Below are positions 23,501 through 38,500 of a DNA stretch of 64,000 nucleotides, piece after piece; position 1 is the first letter of the stretch; every line of letters starts with the position of its first letter. This DNA comes from Eledone cirrhosa (Eukaryota). The notes beneath the pieces are model-generated. The model was not told the DNA's origin and searched no databases. It saw only the letters and a program-made list of their open reading frames with translations. Both the position numbers and the translations under genes were made by a program. Location of the stretch: NCBI GenBank assembly GCA_964016885.1, contig OZ024741.1, positions 409,758,001 to 409,822,000 on the forward strand, read 5' to 3'.

Positions 23501-26500
23501 CCCTGTTTATATCTTGTTTACAATAGGTACACTGTATCCCTGGGTATATCGGGTTTATAATAGGTACACTGTATCCCTATGTATCTGGTTTACAATAGGT
23601 ACACTGTATCCCTGGGTATATCTGGTTTACAATAGGTACACTGTATCCCTGGGTATATCAGGTTTACAATAGGTACACTGTATCCCTCTGTATATCTGGT
23701 TTACAATAGGTACACTGTATCCATGGGTATATCTGGTTTACAATAGGTACACTGTATCCCTGTGTATATCTGGTTTACAATAGGTACACTGTATCCATGG
23801 GTATATCTGGTTTACAATAGGTACACTGTATCCCTGTGTATATCTGGTTTACAATAGGTACACTGTATCCCTGGGTATATCAGGTTTACAATAGGTACAC
23901 TGAATCCTTGTGTATATCTGGTTTACAATAGGTACACTATATCCTTGGGTATATCTGGTTTACAATAGGTACACTGTATCCCTGTGTATATCAAGTTTAC
24001 TATAGGTACACTGCATCCCTGTGTATATCTGGTTTATAATAAGTACACTGTCTCCCTGGGTATATCTGGTTTACATTAGGTACACTGTATCCCAGTGTAT
24101 ATCAGGTTTACAATAGGTACACTGTATCCCTGCTGTATATCTGCTTTACAATAGGTACTCTGTATCTCAGTGTATATCTGGTTTACAATAGGTACACTGT
24201 ATCCCTGTGTATATCTGGTTTACAATAAGTACACTGTATCCCTGTGTATATCTGGTTTACAATAGGTACACTGTATCCCTGGGTATATCTGGTTTACAAT
24301 ATGTACACTGTATCACTGGGTATATCTGGTTTACAATAGGTACACTGTATCCCTGTATATCAGGTTTACTATAGGTACACTGTATCCCTGTGTATATCTG
24401 GTTTACAATAGGTACACTGTATCCCTGTGTATATCTTGTTTACAATAGGTACACTGTATCCCTGCATATATCGGGTTTATAATAGGTACACTGTATCACT
24501 GTGTATATCTGGTTTACAATAGGTACACTGTATCCCAGTGTGTATCTGGTTTACAATAGGTACACTGTATACCTGTGTATATCAGGTTTACAATAGGTAC
24601 ACTGCATCCCTGTGTATATCTGGTTTATAATAAGTACACTGTCTCCCTATATATATCTGGTTTACATTAGGTACACTGTATCCCAGTGTATATCAGGTTT
24701 ACAATAGGTACACTGTATCCCTGTGTATATCAAGTTTACTATAGGTACACTGCATCCCTGTGTATATCTGGTTTATAATAAGTACACTGCCTCCCTGGGT
24801 ATATCTGGTTTACATTAGGTACACTGTATCCCAGTGTATATCAGGTTTACAATAGGTACACTGTATCCCTGCTGTATATCTGGTTTACAATAGGTACTCT
24901 GTATCTCAGTGTATATCTGGTTTACAATAGCTACACTGTATCCCTGTGTATATCTGGTTTACAATAGGTACACTGTATCCCTGTGTATATCTGGTTTACA
25001 ATAGGTACACTGTATCCCAGTGTATATCTGGTTTACGATAGGTACACTGTATCCCTGTGTATATCAGGTTTACAATAGGTACACTGTATCCCAGTATATA
25101 TCAGGTTTACAATAGGTACACTGTATCCCAGTCTATATCAGGTTTACAATAGGTACACAGTATCGCTGTATATCTGGTTTACAATAGGTACACTGTCTCC
25201 CTGTGTATATCTGGTTTACAATAGGTATACTGTATCCCTGGGTATATCGGGTTTATAATAGGTACACTGTATCACTGTGTATATCTGGTTTACAATAGGT
25301 ACACTGTATCCCAGTGTATATCAGGTTTACAATAGGTACACTGCATCCCTGTGTATATCTGGTTTATAATAAGTACACTGTCTCCCTATATATATCTGGT
25401 TTACATTAGGTACACTGTATCCCAGTGTATATCAGGTTTACAATAGGTACACTGTATCCCTGTGTATCTGGTTTACAATAGGTACACTGTATCCCTGGGT
25501 ATATCTGGTTTACAATAGGTACACTGTATCCCTGTGTATATCTGGTTTACAATAGGTACACTGTATCCCTGGGTATATCGGGTTTATAATAGGTACACTG
25601 TATCCCTGTGTATCTGGTTTACAATAGGTACAATGTATCCCTGGGTATATCTGGTTTACAATAGGTACACTGTATCCCTGGGTATATCAGGTTTACAATA
25701 GGTACACTGTATCCCTGCTGTATATCTGGTTTACAATAGGTACTCTGTATCTCAGTGTATATCTGGTTTACAATAGGTACACTGTATCCCTGTGTATATC
25801 TGGTTTACAATAAGTACACTGTATCCCTGTGTATATCTGGTTTACAATAGGTACACTGTATCCCTGGGTATATCTGGTTTACAATATGTACACTGTATCC
25901 CTGGGTATATCTGGTTTACAATAGGTACACTGTATCCCTGTATATCAGGTTTACTATAGGTACACTGTATCCCTGTGTATATCTGGTTTACAATAGGTAC
26001 ACTGTATCCCTGTGTATATCTGGTTTACAATAGGTACACTGTATCCCTGGGTATATCGGGTTTATAATAGGTACACTGTATCACTATGTATATCTGGTTT
26101 ACAATAGGTACACTGTATCCCAGTGTGTATCTGGTTTACAATAGGTACACTGTATACCTGTGTATATCAGGTTTACAATAGGTACACTGTATCTCAGTGT
26201 ATATCTGGTTTACAATAGGTACACTGTATCCCAGTGTATATCTGGTTTACGATAGGTACACTGTATCCCTGTGTATATCAGGTTTACAATAGGTACACTG
26301 TATCCCAGTATATATCAGGTTTACAATAGGTACACTGTATCCCAGTGTATATCAGGTTTACAATAGGTACACAGTATCTCTGTATATCTGGTTTACAATA
26401 GGTACACTGTCTCCCTGTGTATATCTGGTTTACAATAGGTACACTGTATCCCTGGGTATATCAGGTTTACGATAGGTACACTGTATCCCTGGGTATATCT

Positions 26501-29500
26501 GGTTTACAATAGGTACACTGTATCCCAGTGTATATCTGGTTTACAATAGGTACACCGTATCCCTGTGTATGTCAGGTTTACAATAGGTCCACTGTATCCC
26601 TGTGTATCTGGTTTACAATAGGTACACTGTATCCCTGTGTATATCTGGTTTACAATAGGTACACTGTATCCATGGGTATATCTGGTTTACAATAGGTACA
26701 CTGTATCCCTGTGTATATCTGGTTTACAATAGGTACACTGTATCCCTGGGTATATCAGGTTTACAATAGGTACACTGAATCCCTGTGTATATCTGGTTTA
26801 CAATAGGTACACTGTATCCCTGGGTATATCTGGTTTACGATAGGTACACTGTATCCCTGTGTATATTTGGTTTACAATAGGTACACTGTATCCCAGTGTA
26901 TATCAGGTTTACAATAGGTACACTGCATCCCTGTGTATATCTGGTTTATAATAAGTACACTGTCTCCCTAGGTATACCTGGTTTACATTAGGTACACTGT
27001 ATCCCAGTGTATATCAGGTTTACAATAGGTACACTGTATCCCTGTGTATCTGGTTTACAATAGGTACACTGTATCTCTGGGTATATCTGGTTCACAATAG
27101 GGACACTGTATCCCTGGGTATATCAGGTTTACAATAGGTACACTGTATCCCTGTGTATATCTGGTTTACAATACGTACACTGTATCCATGTGTATATCTG
27201 GTTTACAATAGGTACACTGTATCCCTGTATATCAGGTTTACTATAGGTATACTGTATCCCTGTGTATATCTGGTTTACAATAGGTACACTGTATCCCTGT
27301 TTATATCTTGTTTACAATAGGTACACTGTATCCCTGGGTATATCGGGTTTATAATAGGTACACTGTATCCCTGTGTATCTGGTTTACAATAGGTACACTG
27401 TATCCCTGGGTATATCTGGTTTACAATAGGTACACTGTATCCCTGGGTATATCAGGTTTACAATAGGTACACTGTATCCCTCTGTATATCTGGTTTACAA
27501 TAGGTACACTGTATCCATGGGTATATCTGGTTTACAATAGGTACACTGTATCCCTGTATATCAGGTTTACTATAGGTACACTGTATCCCTGTGTATATCT
27601 GGTTTACAATAGGTACACTGTATCCCAGTGTATATCTGGTTTACAATAGGTACACTGTATCCCTGGGTATATCGGGTTTATAATAGGTACACTGTATCAC
27701 TGTGTATATCTGGTTTACAATAGGTACACTGTATCCCAGTGTGTATCTGGTTTACAATAGGTACACTGTATACCTGTGTATATCAGGTTTACTATAGGTA
27801 TACTGTATCCCTGTGTATATCTGGTTTACAATAGGTACACTGTATCCCAGTGTATATCTGGTTTACAATAGGTACACTGTATCCCTCTGTATATCTGGTT
27901 TACAATAGGTACACTGTATCCCTGTGTATATCAGGTTTACAATAGGTACACTGTATCCCTGTGTATATCTGGTTTACAATAGGTACACTGTATCCATGGG
28001 TATATCTGGTTTACAATAGGTACACTGTATCCCTGTGTATATCTGGTTTACAATAGGTACACTGTATCCCTGGGTATATCAGGTTTACAATAGGTACACT
28101 GAATCCTTGTGTATATCTGGTTTACAATAGGTACACTATATCCTTGGGTATATCTGGTTTACAATAGGTACACTGTATCCCTGTGTATATCAAGTTTACT
28201 ATAGGTACACTGCATCCCTGTGTATATCTGGTTTATAATAAGTACACTGTCTCCCTGGGTATATCTGGTTTACATTAGGTACACTGTATCCCAGTGTATA
28301 TCAGGTTTACAATAGGTACACTGTATCCCTGCTGTATATCTGCTTTACAATAGGTACTCTGTATCTCAGTGTATATCTGGTTTACAATAGGTACACTGTA
28401 TCCCTGTGTATATCTGGTTTACAATAAGTACACTGTATCCCTGTGTATATCTGGTTTACAATAGGTACACTGTATCCCTGGGTATATCTGGTTTACAATA
28501 TGTACACTGTATCACTGGGTATATCTGGTTTACAATAGGTACACTGAATCCCTGTGTATATCAGGTTTACAATAGGTACACTGTATCCCTGTGTATATCA
28601 GGTTTACTATAGGTACACTGTATCCCTGTGTATATCTGGTTTACAATAGGTACACTGTATCCTTGTGTTATATCTGGTTTACAATAGGTACACTGTATCC
28701 CTGTGTATATCTGGTTTACAATAGGTACACTGTATCCTTGTGTTATATCTGGTTTACAATAGGTACACTGTATCCCTGTGTATATCAGGTTTACTATAGG
28801 TACACTGTATCCCTGTGTATATCTGGTTTACAATAGGTACACTGTATCCTTGTGTTATATCTGGTTTACAATAGGTACACTGTATCCCTGTGTATATCTG
28901 GTTTACAATAGGTGCACTGTATCCCTGTGTATATCTGGTTTACAATAGGTACACTGTATCCCTGGGTATATCTGGTTTACAATAGGTACACTGTATCTCT
29001 GGGTATATCAGGTTTACAATAGGTACACTGTATCCCTGTGTATATCTGGTTTACAATAGGTACACTGTATCCCTGGGTATATCTGGTTTACAATAGGTAC
29101 ACTGTATCCATGTGTATATCAGGTTTACAATAGGTACACTGTATCCCTGTGTATGTGGTTTACAATAGGTACATTGTATCCCTGGGTATATCTGGTTTAC
29201 AATAGGTACACTGTATCCCTGGGTATATCTGGTTTACAATAGGTACACTGTATCCCTGTATATCAGGTTTACTATAGGTACACTGTATCCCTGTGTATAT
29301 CTGGTTTACAATAGGTACACTGTATCCCTGTGTATATCTGGTTTACAATAGGTACACTGTATCCCTGGGTATATCGGGTTTATAATAGGTACACTGTATC
29401 ACTGTGTATATCTGGTTTACAATAGGTACACTGTATCCCAGTGTGTATCTGGTTTACAATAGGTACACTGTATACCTGTGTATATCAGGTTTACAATAAG

Positions 29501-32500
29501 TACACTGTATCTCAGTGTATATCTGGTTTACAATAGGTACACTGTATCCCAGTGTATATCTGGTTTACAATAGGTACACTGTATCCCTGTGTATATCAAG
29601 TTTACTATAGATACACTGTATCCCTGTGTATATCTGGTTTTCAATAGGTACACTGTATCCTTGTGTTATATCTGGCTTACAATAGGTACACTGTATCCCT
29701 GTGTATATCTGGTTTACAATAAGTACACTGTATCCCTGGGTATATCTGGTTTACAGTAGGTACACTGTATCCCTGTGTATATCAGGTTTACAATAGCTAC
29801 CCTGTATCCCAGTATATATCTGGTTTACAATAAGTACACTGTATCCCAGTGTGTATCAGGTTTACAATAGGTACACTGTATCATTGTATATATCTGGTTT
29901 TCAATAGGTACACTGTATCTCTGTGTATATCTAGTTTACAATAGGTACACTGAATCCCTGTCTATATCTGGTTTACAATAGGTACACTGTATCCCTGTGT
30001 ATATCAAGTTTACAATAGGTACACTGTATCCCTGTGTATGTCTGGTTTACAATAGGTACACTGTATCCCTGTGTATATCAGGTTTACAATAGGTACACTG
30101 TATCCCTTTGGTATATCTGGTTTACAATAGGTACACTGTATCCCTGTGTATATCAGGTTTACAATAGGTACACTGTATCCCTGTGTATATCTGGTTTACA
30201 ATAGGTACACTGTATCCATGGGTATATCTGGTTTACAATAGGTACACTGTATCCCTGTGTATATCTGGTTTACAATAGGTACACTGTATCCCTGGGTATA
30301 TCAGGTTTACAATAGGTACACTGAATCCTTGTGTATATCTGGTTTACAATAGGTACACTGTATCCCTGGGTATATCTGGTTTACAATAGGCACACTGTAT
30401 CCCTGTGTATATTTGGTTTACAATAGGTACACTGTATCCCAGTGTATATCAGGTTTACAACAGGTACACTGTATCCATGTGTATATCAGGTTTACAATAG
30501 GTACACTGTATCCCTGTGTATATCAAGTTTACTATAGGTACACTGCATCCCTGTGTATATCTGGTTTATAATAAGTACACTGCCTCCCTGGGTATATCTG
30601 GTTTACATTAGGTACACTGTATCCCAGTGTATATCAGGTTTACAATAGGTACACTGTATCCCTGCTGTATATCTGGTTTACAATAGGTACTCTGTATCTC
30701 AGTGTATATCTGGTTTACAATAGCTACACTGTATCCCTGTGTATATCTGGTTTACAATAGGTACACTGTATCCCTGTGTATATCTGGTTTACAATAGGTA
30801 CACTGTATCCCAGTGTATATCTGGTTTACGATAGGTACACTGTATCCCTGTGTATATCAGGTTTACAATAGGTACACTGTATCCCAGTATATATCAGGTT
30901 TACAATAGGTACACTGTATCCCAGTGTATATCAGGTTTACAATAGGTACACAGTATCGCTGTATATCTGGTTTACAATAGGTACACTGTCTCCCTGTGTA
31001 TATCTGGTTTACAATAGGTATACTGTATCCCTGGGTATATCGGGTTTATAATAGGTACACTGTATCACTGTGTATATCTGGTTTACAATAGGTACACTGT
31101 ATCCCAGTGTATATCAGGTTTACAATAGGTACACTGCATCCCTGTGTATATCTGGTTTATAATAAGTACACTGTCTCCCTATATATATCTGGTTTACATT
31201 AGGTACACTGTATCCCAGTGTATATCAGGTTTACAATAGGTACACTGTATCCCTGTGTATCTGGTTTACAATAGGTACACTGTATCCCTGGGTATATCTG
31301 GTTTACAATAGGTACACTGTATCCCTGTGTATATCTGGTTTACAATAGGTACACTGTATCCCTGGGTATATCGGGTTTATAATAGGTACACTGTATCCCT
31401 GTGTATCTGGTTTACAATAGGTACAATGTATCCCTGGGTATATCTGGTTTACAATAGGTACACTGTATCCCTGGGTATATCAGGTTTACAATAGGTACAC
31501 TGTATCCCTGCTGTATATCTGGTTTACAATAGGTACTCTGTATCTCAGTGTATATCTGGTTTACAATAGGTACACTGTATCCCTGTGTATATCTGGTTTA
31601 CAATAAGTACACTGTATCCCTGTTTATATCTGGTTTACAATAGGTACACTGTATCCCTGGGTATATCTGGTTTACAATATGTACACTGTATCCCTGGGTA
31701 TATCTGGTTTACAATAGGTACACTGTATCCCTGTATATCAGGTTTACTATAGGTACACTGTATCCCTGTGTATATCTGGTTTACAATAGGTACACTGTAT
31801 CCCTGTGTATATCTGGTTTACAATAGGTACACTGTATCCCTGGGTATATCGGGTTTATAATAGGTACACTGTATCACTATGTATATCTGGTTTACAATAG
31901 GTACACTGTATCCCAGTGTGTATCTGGTTTACAATAGGTACACTGTATACCTGTGTATATCAGGTTTACAATAGGTACACTGTATCTCAGTGTATATCTG
32001 GTTTACAATAGGTACACTGTATCCCAGTGTATATCTGGTTTACGATAGGTACACTGTATCCCTGTGTATATCAGGTTTACAATAGGTACACTGTATCCCA
32101 GTATATATCAGGTTTACAATAGGTACACTGTATCCCAGTGTATATCAGGTTTACAATAGGTACACAGTATCTCTGTATATCTGGTTTACAATAGGTACAC
32201 TGTCTCCCTGTGTATATCTGGTTTACAATAGGTACACTGTATCCCTGGGTATATCAGGTTTACGATAGGTACACTGTATCCCTGGGTATATCTGGTTTAC
32301 AATAGGTACACTGTATCCCAGTGTATATCTGGTTTACAATAGGTACACCGTATCCCTGTGTATGTCAGGTTTACAATAGGTCCACTGTATCACTGTGTAT
32401 CTGGTTTACAATAGGTACACTGTATCCCTGTGTATATCTGGTTTACAATAGGTACACTTTATCCATGGGTATATCTGGTTTACAATAGGTACACTGTATC

Positions 32501-35500
32501 CCTGTGTATATCTGGTTTACAATAGGTACACTGTATCCCTGGGTATATCAGGTTTACAATAGGTACACTGAATCCCTGTGTATATCTGGTTTACAATAGG
32601 TACACTGTATCCCTGGGTATATCTGGTTTACGATAGGTACACTGTATCCCTGTGTATATTTGGTTTACAATAGGTACACTGTATCCCAGTGTATATCAGG
32701 TTTACAATAGGTACACTGCATCCCTGTGTATATCTGGTTTATAATAAGTACACTGTCTCCCTAGGTATACCTGGTTTACATTAGGTACACTGTATCCCAG
32801 TGTATATCAGGTTTACAATAGGTACACTGTATCCCTGTGTATCTGGTTTACAATAGGTACACTGTATCTCTGGGTATATCTGGTTCACAATAGGGACACT
32901 GTATCCCTGGGTATATCAGGTTTACAATAGGTACACTGTATCCCTGTGTATATCTGGTTTACAATACGTACACTGTATCCATGTGTATATCTGGTTTACA
33001 ATAGGTACACTGTATCCCTGTATATCAGGTTTACTATAGGTATACTGTATCCCTGTGTATATCTGGTTTACAATAGGTACACTGTATCCCTGTTTATATC
33101 TTGTTTACAATAGGTACACTGTATCCCTGGGTATATCGGGTTTATAATAGGTACACTGTATCCCTATGTATCTGGTTTACAATAGGTACACTGTATCCCT
33201 GGGTATATCTGGTTTACAATAGGTACACTGTATCCCTGGGTATATCAGGTTTACAATAGGTACACTGTATCCCTCTGTATATCTGGTTTACAATAGGTAC
33301 ACTGTATCCATGGGTATATCTGGTTTACAATAGGTACACTGTATCCCTGTGTATATCTGGTTTACAATAGGTACACTGTATCCATGGGTATATCTGGTTT
33401 ACAATAGGTACACTGTATCCCTGTGTATATCTGGTTTACAATAGGTACACTGTATCCCTGGGTATATCAGGTTTACAATAGGTACACTGAATCCTTGTGT
33501 ATATCTGGTTTACAATAGGTACACTATATCCTTGGGTATATCTGGTTTACAATAGGTACACTGTATCCCTGTGTATATCAAGTTTACTATAGGTACACTG
33601 CATCCCTGTGTATATCTGGTTTATAATAAGTACACTGTCTCCCTGGGTATATCTGGTTTACATTAGGTACACTGTATCCCAGTGTATATCAGGTTTACAA
33701 TAGGTACACTGTATCCCTGCTGTATATCTGCTTTACAATAGGTACTCTGTATCTCAGTGTATATCTGGTTTACAATAGGTACACTGTATCCCTGTGTATA
33801 TCTGGTTTACAATAAGTACACTGTATCCCTGTGTATATCTGGTTTACAATAGGTACACTGTATCCCTGGGTATATCTGGTTTACAATATGTACACTGTAT
33901 CACTGGGTATATCTGGTTTACAATAGGTACACTGTATCCCTGTATATCAGGTTTACTATAGGTACACTGTATCCCTGTGTATATCTGGTTTACAATAGGT
34001 ACACTGTATCCCTGTGTATATCTTGTTTACAATAGGTACACTGTATCCCTGCATATATCGGGTTTATAATAGGTACACTGTATCACTGTGTATATCTGGT
34101 TTACAATAGGTACACTGTATCCCAGTGTGTATCTGGTTTACAATAGGTACACTGTATACCTGTGTATATCAGGTTTACAATAGGTACACTGCATCCCTGT
34201 GTATATCTGGTTTATAATAAGTACACTGTCTCCCTATATATATCTGGTTTACATTAGGTACACTGTATCCCAGTGTATATCAGGTTTACAATAGGTACAC
34301 TGTATCCCTGTGTATCTGGTTTACAATAGGTACACTGTATCCCTGGGTATATCTGGTTTACAATAGGTACACTGTATCCCTGTGTATATCTGGTTTACAA
34401 TAGGTACACTGTATCCCTGGGTATATCGGGTTTATAATAGGTACACTGTATCCCTGTGTATCTGGTTTACAATAGGTACAATGTATCCCTGGGTATATCT
34501 GGTTTACAATAGGTACACTGTATCCCTGGGTATATCAGGTTTACAATAGGTACACTGTATCCCTGCTGTATATCTGGTTTACAATAGGTACTCTGTATCT
34601 CAGTGTATATCTGGTTTACAATAGGTACACTGTATCCCTGTGTATATCTGGTTTACAATAAGTACACTGTATCCCTGTGTATATCTGGTTTACAATAGGT
34701 ACACTGTATCCCTGGGTATATCTGGTTTACAATATGTACACTGTATCCCTGGGTATATCTGGTTTACAATAGGTACACTGTATCCCTGTATATCAGGTTT
34801 ACTATAGGTACACTGTATCCCTGTGTATATCTGGTTTACAATAGGTACACTGTATCCCTGTGTATATCTGGTTTACAATAGGTACACTGTATCCCTGGGT
34901 ATATCGGGTTTATAATAGGTACACTGTATCACTATGTATATCTGGTTTACAATAGGTACACTGTATCCCAGTGTGTATCTGGTTTACAATAGGTACACTG
35001 TATACCTGTGTATATCAGGTTTACAATAGGTACACTGTATCTCAGTGTATATCTGGTTTACAATAGGTACACTGTATCCCAGTGTATATCTGGTTTACGA
35101 TAGGTACACTGTATCCCTGTGTATATCAGGTTTACAATAGGTACACTGTATCCCAGTATATATCAGGTTTACAATAGGTACACTGTATCCCAGTGTATAT
35201 CAGGTTTACAATAGGTACACAGTATCTCTGTATATCTGGTTTACAATAGGTACACTGTCTCCCTGTGTATATCTGGTTTACAATAGGTACACTGTATCCC
35301 TGGGTATATCAGGTTTACGATAGGTACACTGTATCCCTGGGTATATCTGGTTTACAATAGGTACACTGTATCCCAGTGTATATCTGGTTTACAATAGGTA
35401 CACCGTATCCCTGTGTATGTCAGGTTTACAATAGGTCCACTGTATCACTGTGTATCTGGTTTACAATAGGTACACTGTATCCCTGTGTATATCTGGTTTA

Positions 35501-38500
35501 CAATAGGTACACTTTATCCATGGGTATATCTGGTTTACAATAGGTACACTGTATCCCTGTGTATATCTGGTTTACAATAGGTACACTGTATCCCTGGGTA
35601 TATCAGGTTTACAATAGGTACACTGAATCCCTGTGTATATCTGGTTTACAATAGGTACACTGTATCCCTGGGTATATCTGGTTTACGATAGGTACACTGT
35701 ATCCCTGTGTATATTTGGTTTACAATAGGTACACTGTATCCCAGTGTATATCAGGTTTACAATAGGTACACTGCATCCCTGTGTATATCTGGTTTATAAT
35801 AAGTACACTGTCTCCCTAGGTATACCTGGTTTACATTAGGTACACTGTATCCCAGTGTATATCAGGTTTACAATAGGTACACTGTATCCCTGTGTATCTG
35901 GTTTACAATAGGTACACTGTATCTCTGGGTATATCTGGTTCACAATAGGGACACTGTATCCCTGGGTATATCAGGTTTACAATAGGTACACTGTATCCCT
36001 GTGTATATCTGGTTTACAATACGTACACTGTATCCATGTGTATATCTGGTTTACAATAGGTACACTGTATCCCTGTATATCAGGTTTACTATAGGTATAC
36101 TGTATCCCTGTGTATATCTGGTTTACAATAGGTACACTGTATCCCTGTTTATATCTTGTTTACAATAGGTACACTGTATCCCTGGGTATATCGGGTTTAT
36201 AATAGGTACACTGTATCCCTATGTATCTGGTTTACAATAGGTACACTGTATCCCTGGGTATATCTGGTTTACAATAGGTACACTGTATCCCTGGGTATAT
36301 CAGGTTTACAATAGGTACACTGTATCCCTCTGTATATCTGGTTTACAATAGGTACACTGTATCCATGGGTATATCTGGTTTACAATAGGTACACTGTATC
36401 CCTGTATATCAGGTTTACTATAGGTACACTGTATCCCTGTGTATATCTGGTTTACAATAGGTACACTGTATCCCAGTGTATATCTGGTTTACAATAGGTA
36501 CACTGTATCCCTGGGTATATCGGGTTTATAATAGGTACACTGTATCACTGTGTATATCTGGTTTACAATAGGTACACTGTATCCCAGTGTGTATCTGGTT
36601 TACAATAGGTACACTGTATACCTGTGTATATCAGGTTTACAATAGGTACACTGTATCCCTTTGGTATATCTGGTTTACAATAGGTACACTGTATCCCTGT
36701 GTATATCAGGTTTACAATAGGTACACTGTATCCCTGTGTATATCTGGTTTACAATAGGTACACTGTATCCATGGGTATATCTGGTTTACAATAGGTACAC
36801 TGTATCCCTGTGTATATCTGGTTTACAATAGGTACACTGTATCCCTGGGTATATCAGGTTTACAATAGGTACACTGAATCCTTGTGTATATCTGGTTTAC
36901 AATAGGTACACTATATCCTTGGGTATATCTGGTTTACAATAGGTACACTGTATCCCTGTGTATATCAAGTTTACTATAGGTACACTGCATCCCTGTGTAT
37001 ATCTGGTTTATAATAAGTACACTGTCTCCCTGGGTATATCTGGTTTACATTAGGTACACTGTATCCCAGTGTATATCAGGTTTACAATAGGTACACTGTA
37101 TCCCTGCTGTATATCTGCTTTACAATAGGTACTCTGTATCTCAGTGTATATCTGGTTTACAATAGGTACACTGTATCCCTGTGTATATCTGGTTTACAAT
37201 AAGTACACTGTATCCCTGTGTATATCTGGTTTACAATAGGTACACTGTATCCCTGGGTATATCTGGTTTACAATATGTACACTGTATCACTGGGTATATC
37301 TGGTTTACAATAGGTACACTGTATCCCTGTATATCAGGTTTACTATAGGTACACTGTATCCCTGTGTATATCTGGTTTACAATAGGTACACTGTATCCCT
37401 GTGTATATCTTGTTTACAATAGGTACACTGTATCCCTGCATATATCGGGTTTATAATAGGTACACTGTATCACTGTGTATATCTGGTTTACAATAGGTAC
37501 ACTGTATCCCAGTGTGTATCTGGTTTACAATAGGTACACTGTATACCTGTGTATATCAGGTTTACAATAGGTACACTGTATCTCAGTGTATATCAGGTTT
37601 ACAATAGGTACACTGTATCCCTGTGTATATCAAGTTTACTATAGGTACACTGCATCCCTGTGTATATCTGGTTTATAATAAGTACACTGCCTCCCTGGGT
37701 ATATCTGGTTTACATTAGGTACACTGTATCCCAGTGTATATCAGGTTTACAATAGGTACACTGTATCCCTGCTGTATATCTGGTTTACAATAGGTACTCT
37801 GTATCTCAGTGTATATCTGGTTTACAATAGCTACACTGTATCCCTGTGTATATCTGGTTTACAATAGGTACACTGTATCCCTGTGTATATCTGGTTTACA
37901 ATAGGTACACTGTATCCCAGTGTATATCTGGTTTACGATAGGTACACTGTATCCCTGTGTATATCAGGTTTACAATAGGTACACTGTATCCCAGTATATA
38001 TCAGGTTTACAATAGGTACACCGTATCCCAGTGTATATCAGGTTTACAATAGGTACACAGTATCGCTGTATATCTGGTTTACAATAGGTACACTGTCTCC
38101 CTGTGTATATCTGGTTTACAATAGGTACACTGTATCCCTGGGTATATCGGGTTTATAATAGGTACACTGTATCACTGTGTATATCTGGTTTACAATAGGT
38201 ACACTGTATCCCAGTGTATATCAGGTTTACAATAGGTACACTGCATCCCTGTGTATATCTGGTTTATAATAAGTACACTGTCTCCCTAGGTATATCTGGT
38301 TTACATTAGGTACACTGTATCCCAGTGTATATCAGGTTTACAATAGGTACACTGTATCCCTGTGTATCTGGTTTACAATAGGTACACTGTATCCCTGGGT
38401 ATATCTGGTTTACAATAGGTACACTGTATCTCTGGGTATATCAGGTTTACAATAGGTACACTGTATCCTTGTGTATATCTGGTTTACAATAGGTACACTG

